Source: an uncultured Lentimicrobiaceae bacterium
Lineage (GTDB): Bacteria > Bacteroidota > Bacteroidia > Bacteroidales > JAGONC01
DNA length: 64,000 nt
Direction of reading: 5' to 3'
NCBI GenBank assembly: GCA_964628285.1
Contig: CAZVNP010000012.1
Location: forward strand, 726-64,725
The notes under the pieces are model-generated. The model searched no databases. It was not told the origin of the DNA and saw nothing but the letters and a program-made list of their open reading frames with translations. The first letter of the stretch is position 1. Every line of letters starts with the position of its first letter. Made by a program: the position numbers and the translations under genes. Positions 36,624 through 44,571 of this stretch are shown here, piece after piece.

Positions 36624-39569
36624 ATGAGAAAATTCAATTTACGATTTGCCTTGAGTTTAATGGTGATTTTCTGTTTAACGCTGACCTATGCCGGACATGT
36701 CTTTGCCGATAAAAATGAGGAGAGGGGGGGAGCTGCACCCGGCGAGTGGACCATTGTAGCCAGCTATACCATTCCCGGCAAGGCGTCGGGACTGGCTTAT
36801 GACGGGCAGTACCTTTACAGCGGCATTTATGGTGCCAACAGCGACCAGATATACCGCATCGATCCTGCCGACGGCAGCTATACCGTTCAGTTCTCCAATC
36901 CGTCCATCAGTGATGCCTTTGGGCTGACATGGGACGGCGTCAACCTCTGGACCATCATCCAGCCCCCATCATCAGCAGATCCGGCGCAGGCCACCGAAAT
37001 GGATATGACCACCGGCACCTTCCTCGACCAGATCATACTGCCCGATCATTACATGTCGGGCATCGCCTGGGACAACGGTGATTTCTGGGTGGCTACCTAC
37101 TACCCTGACCCGGGCACGATATATAAAATCGATGCCGACGGCAATGTTCTCACACAGTTCCAGTCGCCCGACCAGCAACCCTGGGATCTGTGCCTCGAGA
37201 ATGACAACATCTGGGTAGCCGATTATTACGGCAATATGATCTATAAGATCGACCGGCAGGGAACCATCCTCGAGAGCCATGCCTCCCAGAACCTGAAACC
37301 ATCGGGTATTGTTTATGACGGGCAGTACCTGTGGTATGTCGACGGTGAGCTGGGTTCGCCCAGCATCCTTTACAAGGTCGACCTGGGAGGGAGCGGCACA
37401 CCGGTGATCTATGTGCCGGTGACCCAATATAACTACGGTCCTGTGACCGTGGGCGATTCGGCCGTATTTGCCATGCAGATCGAAAACACCGGCGACGGTG
37501 ATCTGACCATCGATAACATCGTCATTCCGGATTCCGCTCCCATTTTCACCTGGTTTGCCCTTCCTGTGACCGTCGAGGCGGGTCATGACACTATCTTTAA
37601 TCTGATATACAAACCCCAGGATACCTTGGCGCTCAATGTCATCGTGACTATTTACTGCAATGATCCGGTGACGCCTCAGGTGGAGGTTACCCTCCTCGGG
37701 CAGGGGGTCATGGAAGGTCCTTCCATACATGTGGTTGAATCCTATCATGATTACCATCAGGTGAGAGTGAATGCGACCACGCGATGGTATGCCGAAGTGC
37801 AGAATGCCGGTAGCCAGTCACTCATCATTGATGCCCTGGAGTTTGACGATCCTCATTTCTATCTGGATCCTTCTGTGTCACTGCCTCTCCAGGTCCCTAT
37901 TGAGGGATCGGTCAATATAGGTATCTGGTTTTATCCTCAGGAAGATATTTCTTATTCCGGCACGTTGAGCATTTTCAGTAATGATCCTGAGAGCAATCCG
38001 GTCACCGTCCTTCTCGAGGGTACCGGCAACGGACAGAGCTGGCCTATCGGCGAGATGCTGTGGCATTATACCATCAACACGAGTTACGACAACAGCCCAA
38101 AAGCGATAGCCCCCATACCGGATATCAGCGGCGACGGCGTGCCGGATGTCATCATCTGTTCCGAGGATGATTATGTGCGCTGCTTCAACGGCAACTCCTC
38201 CGGTGTCGCCGACATGCTGTGGGAGAGAGAGATCTATGCCGGCGCCGTGTACCGGCAGACCGGGCTCACCGTCACCGGCGATGTTAATAATGACGGTTAC
38301 AGCGACGCGATCATCGGCTCGGCCTGGGGCGACCGCTCCATTATCTGTCTGTCGGGTAAGGACGGCGATATTCTGTGGAAACACGACACCCATGAATACG
38401 GTGACGGGGGATGGGTGTATCAGGTAGACTGCCGCTATGACTATAATAACGACAGCACCCCCGATGTCCTGGCCGCCACAGGCAATGATGCCAACCACAT
38501 CGGTCCGAGAAGGGTCTATTGCCTGAATGCACTCAACGGCGCGGTCATTTGGGAACGCATGACCGGTGGGCCTGTCTTCGCCGTCCAGGGCATCGAAGAT
38601 GCCACCGGCGACGGACAGCCTGACGCCGTCGCCGGCGCTTCCGATGACCCTGAGCTGGAAGGACGGGTTTATGGCATCGACGGCAGCGACGGGCATATCT
38701 TCTGGACCCACATCACCTCCGGCTCCTCGGTGTGGGCCGTGGCTCAGACCGATGATGTCAACGGTGACGGAATAAAAGATATCGCAGCGGGCGACTTCAA
38801 CGGCAATGTCATGTTACTCGATGCCACCAATGGGACCGTACTGCAGAGCTCAGGCATCGGTCCCAATATCATCCTCAGCTTCAAGATGCTTGACGACATC
38901 AACGGTGACGGTCACCGCGATATCCTGATCGGTCATGCCGGCACGAATGCCGTGGTTGATGACGGTATCACCGCCGGGCTCATCTGGCTGCATCCCGTGG
39001 CCGACAAGCCCTGGAATGTCGACAGGATTGCCGACATCAGCGGCGACGGTATCAACGACGCCATCGTCGGCACCCTGTTCAGCAATAACTATGTCTACTT
39101 CCTGGATGGCACCGACGGCACGGAGCTTAAATCCATCGCCCTGGGCGAGGCCGTCGACGCCCTGGCATCCATACCCGATATCACCGGCGACGGATCGATG
39201 GAGGCCGTGGCAGGAGGCCGCGATGGCGATGTCTACTGTTACAGCGGCGGCCTCGACGCCAGCGTCGGCATACCCGGACAGAACAAAACGTCAGAAAAAG
39301 ACCTCTCCCTCACCGCCTTTCCGAATCCGTTCAACACCACCACTAACTTGAATTTTACAATAAATAAGGGTGACCGGGTGACCATCGAGATACTGGATTC
39401 AAGGGGAACCGTCATAAACACGCTGGCAGAAGCCTCTTTTAAATCGGGATCGCATCATTTGGTATGGGATGGCAAAAATGCACAGGGGAATGTATGTCCT
39501 GACGGACTGTATCTGGCGCTGATGCGTTGCGGGATGAGGACATGGTCGTGTACAATCATTAAACAGTAA
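36624..39569 (+). CDS. Large secreted multi-domain protein: N-terminal beta-propeller, two choice-of-anchor-D-like Ig domains, FG-GAP propeller, FlgD-Ig-type T9SS-like CTD
   Basis: 981 aa with a signal peptide. Five blades have the pattern G-hydrophobic-x-(Y/W)DG-x-x-LW (GLAYDGQYLY, GLTWDGVNLW, GIAWDNGDFW, GIVYDGQYLW). Two modules read YGPVTVGDS...IENTGDGDLTI...CNDPV and VQNAGSQSLII...SNDPESNPV. Eight D-x-(S/N/T)GDG-x-x-D loops are present. The C-terminus is LTAFPNPFNTTTNLNF...LVWDGKNAQGNVCPDGLYLA. Confidence 0.8.
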   Translation: MRKFNLRFALSLMVIFCLTLTYAGHVFADKNEERGGAAPGEWTIVASYTIPGKASGLAYDGQYLYSGIYGANSDQIYRIDPADGSYTVQFSNPSISDAFGLTWDGVNLWTIIQPPSSADPAQATEMDMTTGTFLDQIILPDHYMSGIAWDNGDFWVATYYPDPGTIYKIDADGNVLTQFQSPDQQPWDLCLENDNIWVADYYGNMIYKIDRQGTILESHASQNLKPSGIVYDGQYLWYVDGELGSPSILYKVDLGGSGTPVIYVPVTQYNYGPVTVGDSAVFAMQIENTGDGDLTIDNIVIPDSAPIFTWFALPVTVEAGHDTIFNLIYKPQDTLALNVIVTIYCNDPVTPQVEVTLLGQGVMEGPSIHVVESYHDYHQVRVNATTRWYAEVQNAGSQSLIIDALEFDDPHFYLDPSVSLPLQVPIEGSVNIGIWFYPQEDISYSGTLSIFSNDPESNPVTVLLEGTGNGQSWPIGEMLWHYTINTSYDNSPKAIAPIPDISGDGVPDVIICSEDDYVRCFNGNSSGVADMLWEREIYAGAVYRQTGLTVTGDVNNDGYSDAIIGSAWGDRSIICLSGKDGDILWKHDTHEYGDGGWVYQVDCRYDYNNDSTPDVLAATGNDANHIGPRRVYCLNALNGAVIWERMTGGPVFAVQGIEDATGDGQPDAVAGASDDPELEGRVYGIDGSDGHIFWTHITSGSSVWAVAQTDDVNGDGIKDIAAGDFNGNVMLLDATNGTVLQSSGIGPNIILSFKMLDDINGDGHRDILIGHAGTNAVVDDGITAGLIWLHPVADKPWNVDRIADISGDGINDAIVGTLFSNNYVYFLDGTDGTELKSIALGEAVDALASIPDITGDGSMEAVAGGRDGDVYCYSGGLDASVGIPGQNKTSEKDLSLTAFPNPFNTTTNLNFTINKGDRVTIEILDSRGTVINTLAEASFKSGSHHLVWDGKNAQGNVCPDGLYLALMRCGMRTWSCTIIKQ

Positions 39570-39609
39570 GGTTTTCTGGCGTTCTTTCGTGTATCTCACC
39601 CTGGCGGGC

Positions 39610-39750
39610 GTATCAAAACTTTATTTAACCACGGAGGCGTCGGAGGATAACAGAGAACACGGAGGTATAAAGAATTAATTTTCAGCACTCTGCTTTCTTT
39701 GCGCTTCCTCTGCGCCCTCTGTGGTTAATTAAAAATATCAGCTTTGATAC
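39610..39750. repeat. Structured intergenic inverted-repeat element, family A (TTAACC-[purine-rich CAGAGG-type units])
   Basis: The left arm TTAACCACGGAGGCGTCGGAGGATAACAGAGAACACGGAGG (39625-39665) faces CACTCTGCTTTCTTTGCGCTTCCTCTGCGCCCTCTGTGGTTAA (39686-39728). An outer pair GTATCAAA (39610-17) / TTTGATAC (39743-50) flanks them. A separate 7-bp hairpin AACCTCA/TGAGGTT follows at 39751-39771. A second family member lies at 49911-50060. Confidence 0.75.
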
Positions 39751-39839
39751 AACCTCACAGGGGATGAGGTTATTAAAATAATTCCATTTTAATCTTGCTC
39801 AACCTGCCACTTTCACAGAATTGATATCGACTTTTATTA

Positions 39840-39847
39840 TAACTTTG
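39840..39847 (+). promoter_or_regulatory. Putative -7 promoter box (TAnnTTTG)
   Basis: TAACTTTG, 34 nt upstream of the ATG at 39882. Confidence 0.35.
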
Positions 39848-39881
39848 TATGATCAATTATTACTTAATATCCCCTTGATAC

Positions 39882-42452
39882 ATGAAAATAAAGACTTTAC
39901 TAATCATTCTGGTTATTATCATTTTCGGAGCCTCTTTACTTATTCTGGCATTAAGGAAACATGATAACCGATCATCCGCTGCAAATACTGTTGCAGTGCA
40001 CCATCCGGCGATGGATCCTAACGACTGGCTGGCCATGCAGCGGGCTTATCCCTATGGCTGCATCAAGCTGAGCTCTTATCTGGCCGGCATGGCCGACGCC
40101 GGCAGGCTGCAACGCGTTACCACCGGTCATCGCTACAACTGGGAGCTGGCCGGTCCTACGAACATCGGGGGAAGGATCACCGATGTCGTTATAGCTGCCA
40201 GTGATCCCCTGACATGGTATATCGGAGCCGCCACCGGTGGGATATTTAAAACAACCGACGGTGGTGCGACATGGGAGAATACCTTCACCACGGCCGATGT
40301 CATCTCTATCGGCGATCTGGCCATCGATCCCACCGACGATCAGGTCATCTATGCCGGCACGGGCGAAGCCAATGCCTCAAGCCAGAGCTTTTACGGCAAC
40401 GGCATGTATAAATCAACCGATGCCGGGATGACATGGGAACACATCGGCCTTGAGTATTCGGCGTATATCGGAAGGATCATCGTCGACTACGACAACCCGC
40501 AACGGGTCTATGTCGCGGCTTGCGGTAACCTCTTCACCCCCGATGAAAACCGTGGCGTATACAAAAGCCTCGACGGCGGTGCGACGTGGGAGCGTATCCT
40601 GTTCCTGACCGATTCAACGTCGGCCGTTGATCTGGTGCAGCACCCTCAGGATCCCGATGTCCTTTATGCTACGATGTGGGAACGTATGCGGGGCCTGAAC
40701 TACCGCCGTTCCTTTGGCGTGAGTTCTGGCATCTACAAGACCACCAACGGCGGCGACACCTGGCAGGAACTCACCGGTGGTCTGCCGGCAGGACAGGAAG
40801 CCGGCCGCATAGGCATCGACATCGCCCTGTCGAACCCTCAGGTACTGTATGCTTTTTACGATATGCCCAATTATGAGGTGCGAATATATAAGAGCGGCGA
40901 CGGCGGCGTGAGCTGGGTGCGCAAGAACGACTCCTATCTGCAGGGTATGAGCAGCAACTATGGATGGTACTTCGGACAGATAAGGATCGATCCGGCCAAT
41001 GAGAACAGGATATTTGTCATGGGTATTTATGCCTACCGCTCCGACAACGGCGGCGACAGCTGGTCGGAGCTGGGTAACTACAGCTTCCATGTCGATCATC
41101 ATGCCCTGGCTTTCACCCCGTCCGGGACATGCATCGAGGGTAATGACGGAGGACTGTATACCAGCTCCAATTACGGAAATACGTGGACCAAGATCAACAA
41201 CCTGCCCATCACGCAGTTTTACAATATCGAGATGGACTATCTTTATCCGCAACGTGTCGAGGGCGGCACACAGGATAACGGCACGGTACGCACAGTCACG
41301 GGCAACACAAGCGACTGGTTTGGCATCCTGGGCGGTGATGGCTTTTACACGGTGGTGGATTATACCAACTCCAATGTTATTTATGCCGAGTACCAGTATG
41401 GCGGTTTAAATAAATCGACCAACGGCGGGGGCTCTTTCCAGGGCATAGGCTACGAGATGTCGGGTGACCGCACTAACTGGTCCTCACCTTACGTGATTGA
41501 CCCTCAGGAGCATACCGTGCTGTATTTCGGCACTTACAGGGTCTGGAAGAGCCTCAATTCGGGATCGTCGTGGACTCCTGTGTCAGCCGACCTGACCGAC
41601 GGCGATGATTACAGCGGCTGGCATACCATAAGCACCCTCGCCGTCTCACCCCTCAATCCGGCTGTTGTACTGGCCGGCACTGACGACGGGCACGTTCATA
41701 TCTCCCTTAACGGTGGCACCACCTGGAATGAGATATCCCAGGGCATACCCAAACGCTGGATCACCTGCGTCGCCGCCGATCCCTTTGATGCTTCCGCCAT
41801 TTACACCACCGTCTCGGGATTTCGCTGGGATGAGCCGCAGCCTCACGTCTTTAAATCGACCGACCTGGGTCAGACATGGATCGACATCAGTGCCAACCTG
41901 CCTGACATCCCCATGAACTGGATCGTCCTTGATCCTGATTACCCCGGCAGGCTGATCGTGGCTTCCGACGCCGGTGTTTTTTACAGCCTTGACGGCGGCG
42001 AAAGCTGGACAGGCATCTCCCAGGGCCTGGGTAACGTACCGGTGCTGACAATGAAAATACACCCTCCCACACGTACACTGCTTATCGGAACCTATGGCAT
42101 GTCATCGTATAAGATCGGCCTCGATGACATCACTGTCGGAGTGAAAGATCAGAGCTCTGCCGATAACAAAGGAGTGGCATTCGATCTTTATCCCGATCCG
42201 CTGAAGGTTTCGGCAGGTCAGCAGGTCACTGTGTCGTATACGTTGCCGGAACCCTCCCGGATTGAACTGTCGGTGTTTGATATGACCGGACGGAAGGTCA
42301 AGACATTGAAAGAAGGATGGTCGGCAGCCGGACCGCAACTCCTGACATGGGACGGCTCCGACGATATGGGACACAGGCTGGCGGCAGGTACTTTTATGGT
42401 TCAATTAAAGGTGAACGGACACACCAACGGTAAAAAACTGATCATTCAATAA
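39882..42452 (+). CDS. Sortilin/VPS10/GH74-like BNR (Asp-box) double beta-propeller protein with FlgD-Ig-type CTD
   Basis: 856 aa with an N-terminal TM/signal anchor. About 12 S/T-x-D-x-G-x-(T/S)-W Asp-boxes are present (TTDGGATWE, STDAGMTWE, SLDGGATWE, TTNGGDTWQ, SDNGGDSWS, STDLGQTWI, SLDGGESWT and others). The C-terminus is DLYPDPL...LTWDGSDDMGHRLAAGTFMVQL. Confidence 0.8.
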   Translation: MKIKTLLIILVIIIFGASLLILALRKHDNRSSAANTVAVHHPAMDPNDWLAMQRAYPYGCIKLSSYLAGMADAGRLQRVTTGHRYNWELAGPTNIGGRITDVVIAASDPLTWYIGAATGGIFKTTDGGATWENTFTTADVISIGDLAIDPTDDQVIYAGTGEANASSQSFYGNGMYKSTDAGMTWEHIGLEYSAYIGRIIVDYDNPQRVYVAACGNLFTPDENRGVYKSLDGGATWERILFLTDSTSAVDLVQHPQDPDVLYATMWERMRGLNYRRSFGVSSGIYKTTNGGDTWQELTGGLPAGQEAGRIGIDIALSNPQVLYAFYDMPNYEVRIYKSGDGGVSWVRKNDSYLQGMSSNYGWYFGQIRIDPANENRIFVMGIYAYRSDNGGDSWSELGNYSFHVDHHALAFTPSGTCIEGNDGGLYTSSNYGNTWTKINNLPITQFYNIEMDYLYPQRVEGGTQDNGTVRTVTGNTSDWFGILGGDGFYTVVDYTNSNVIYAEYQYGGLNKSTNGGGSFQGIGYEMSGDRTNWSSPYVIDPQEHTVLYFGTYRVWKSLNSGSSWTPVSADLTDGDDYSGWHTISTLAVSPLNPAVVLAGTDDGHVHISLNGGTTWNEISQGIPKRWITCVAADPFDASAIYTTVSGFRWDEPQPHVFKSTDLGQTWIDISANLPDIPMNWIVLDPDYPGRLIVASDAGVFYSLDGGESWTGISQGLGNVPVLTMKIHPPTRTLLIGTYGMSSYKIGLDDITVGVKDQSSADNKGVAFDLYPDPLKVSAGQQVTVSYTLPEPSRIELSVFDMTGRKVKTLKEGWSAAGPQLLTWDGSDDMGHRLAAGTFMVQLKVNGHTNGKKLIIQ

Positions 42453-42523
42453 ATCTGACTTTGTTGCAATATTTCGGGAATTTGTCGTTTATAGTTTAAT
42501 ATTAACTTAAAAAATTCAACTCC

Positions 42524-43324
42524 ATGAAAAACATGAGATTTTTTACTGTTTTGATGATTGTGGTTTTTTTTGGTTTTTCTTCCGTTCTCATGGCTCAGAC
42601 CAGAGAAAGACCGACGCCGCAGCACAGGATGTTTCCTGCCAGTGTGGGCAACCTGAGCTTTAAAACCTTTGGTCTGGCTTTTCCCGGCATCACCATCAAC
42701 AGTGTCATGACCGACACCGTATACGTGGTCAACAACTGGACAAAGCCCATGACATTATCATTCAAAAGCCTTCCCGACTATATCACCTGCAAGATCATCC
42801 CCGAAACACTTAAGCCCCAGGAAGAGGGGAAAATAGCCGTCACCTTCGATGCAAAGAAAAAAGGTGAATACGGCCGCATCATCGACCATATCAACCTGAT
42901 GACCAACGATACGGTCAGACCGGAGAAACGGATCATTCTGAGTCCTGATGTGTTGCCCGATTTCTCTGTCCTCACCCCTGAAGAACGTGCCGGCACACCC
43001 GTTATCACTTTTGATAATAAAGAATCCAACTTCGGCACCATCAATGAGGGCGACGTGGTCACGGTCAAATACCCTTTTAAAAACACAGGTAAGAGAGCCC
43101 TGGAAATTTATTCGGTAAAAGGCTCCTGCGGCTGCACCAAGGCGCAGGCCTCGGCTACCACCGTTGAACCGGGCCAGACGGGTGATATTGAAGCCACCTT
43201 TAACGCCAAGCATAAAAAAGGCGATCAGAGATACAATATCACAGTCATAACCAATGACGTCAACAACCCCAGCACGATACTGACCATATCTGGCAACGTG
43301 AAGCAGGAGTCAGGCCAGAAATGA
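42524..43324 (+). CDS. DUF1573 domain-containing secreted protein (two modules)
   Basis: 266 aa with a signal peptide. The second module FGTINEGDVVTVKYPFKNTGKRALEIYSVKGSCGCTKA...ITVITND is the canonical DUF1573 pattern. The first module is a degenerate copy. Confidence 0.8.
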   Translation: MKNMRFFTVLMIVVFFGFSSVLMAQTRERPTPQHRMFPASVGNLSFKTFGLAFPGITINSVMTDTVYVVNNWTKPMTLSFKSLPDYITCKIIPETLKPQEEGKIAVTFDAKKKGEYGRIIDHINLMTNDTVRPEKRIILSPDVLPDFSVLTPEERAGTPVITFDNKESNFGTINEGDVVTVKYPFKNTGKRALEIYSVKGSCGCTKAQASATTVEPGQTGDIEATFNAKHKKGDQRYNITVITNDVNNPSTILTISGNVKQESGQK

Positions 43325-43346
43325 TCCCATAACAAACCCAACATCG

Positions 43347-44051
43347 ATGAATGTCCTTATCACGGGCGCCAGCAAAGGACTGGGCTATGAAACGGTCAAG
43401 GTATTCTGCCTCCGGCCGGGCCATCATGTCTTCGCTTTGTCACGTGATGCAAGGGGTTTGCAGAAGCTGGTCAGGGACTGTGAGGCATCCGGTGCCGGCA
43501 GTGCCCTGCACATCCTGCCGTTTGATCTGCGGAACGGTGATTATCAGCATACCCTTTTACCCGCATTGCTCCATGCTTTCGACACCGTCGATATCCTGAT
43601 CAACAATGCAGGGGTGATGGTGCATAAAGCCTTTCATGAGTTTACACCTGATGATTTCGACCGGCTCTTCGACGTGAACGTAAAAAGCGTCTTCAGGCTG
43701 ATACAGCTTGTCATGCCTTACATGCATACCGGTTCACATATTGTGAACCTTGGCAGCATGGGAGGCTTTCAGGGCAGCGTCAAATTCGGCGGTATGTCGC
43801 TTTACAGTGCCAGCAAGGGCGCCGTGGCCATCATGAGCGAATGCCTCGCCCGGGAATTCAGCGAACGGGGCATTAAAGTCAATTGCCTGGCTTTGGGCGC
43901 CGCCGATACGGAGATGTTCAGGGAGGCTTTCCCCGGCATCAAAGCACCTCTTTCAACCCCTGAAATGGCTCTGTTCATAGCGGATTTTGCCGTCAACGGC
44001 CACCGCTATTTTAATGGCAAGGTATTGCCTGTGGCCGTATCCACACCATGA
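43347..44051 (+). CDS. SDR-family oxidoreductase
   Basis: 234 aa with the TGASKGLG cofactor motif, NNAG, and the catalytic S...YSASK pattern. Confidence 0.85.
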   Translation: MNVLITGASKGLGYETVKVFCLRPGHHVFALSRDARGLQKLVRDCEASGAGSALHILPFDLRNGDYQHTLLPALLHAFDTVDILINNAGVMVHKAFHEFTPDDFDRLFDVNVKSVFRLIQLVMPYMHTGSHIVNLGSMGGFQGSVKFGGMSLYSASKGAVAIMSECLAREFSERGIKVNCLALGAADTEMFREAFPGIKAPLSTPEMALFIADFAVNGHRYFNGKVLPVAVSTP

Positions 44052-44124
44052 GTGGGAATGTTAAAGATATCATTTATTCCATATTTCTCACGTCAGATAA
44101 TTATTTACTTTTGTGGGCGTCATC

Positions 44125-44559
44125 ATGGGCAACTCTGACGATAGCATATCTCATCCCGGCACCATTGCAAGCATAGGCAAAGATCACCTCAAGGTGAGAA
44201 TCATGAATGTCTCAGCCTGTTCCGCCTGCCATGCCAAAAGCGTCTGTTCGGTAGCCGACATGAAGGAAAAGATCATCGAGGTGAAACGGCGTGACGGGGA
44301 AAATTATTCCGTTGGCGATCATGTCCGGGTCACACTCAGGAAATCTTTGGGTGCCAAGGCCGTCTTACTTGCTTATGTCGTACCTTTGTGTATTCTTGTC
44401 GTCTCTCTGGCTGTCCTGATATCACTTTCACTGAATGAAGGGCTGGCCGCCATGATCGCCATCGGATTGATGATTCCTTATTACGTGGTTTTGTACCTTG
44501 TGAGAGACAGGCTAAAAAGATCGTTTGATTTCAGAATACAACCGGATTTTCAATCATAA
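44125..44559 (+). CDS. rseC: RseC/MucC-family (SoxR-reducing system) membrane protein
   Basis: The N-terminal OB-like part has a Cys cluster (VSACSACHAKSVCS), followed by GDHVRV and two TM helices, which is the usual RseC layout. The ORF opens with GTG at 44113; the ATG at 44125 is preferred. A TACTTTTG box lies at 44106-44113. The stop is only 12 nt before the next gene. Confidence 0.65.
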   Translation: MGNSDDSISHPGTIASIGKDHLKVRIMNVSACSACHAKSVCSVADMKEKIIEVKRRDGENYSVGDHVRVTLRKSLGAKAVLLAYVVPLCILVVSLAVLISLSLNEGLAAMIAIGLMIPYYVVLYLVRDRLKRSFDFRIQPDFQS

Positions 44560-44571
44560 TACTTATGACCC

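Noticed and set aside
36972-38711. Two long antisense ORFs (261 aa and 277 aa) inside the 981-aa propeller gene. Similar cases lie at 23558..24199, 34968..35552, 40614..41252, 47574..48119 and 58263..58862.
   Set aside because: All are embedded opposite ORFs with strong domain signatures. They cluster in the GC-rich parts of the window where stop codons are rare in the antisense frame.
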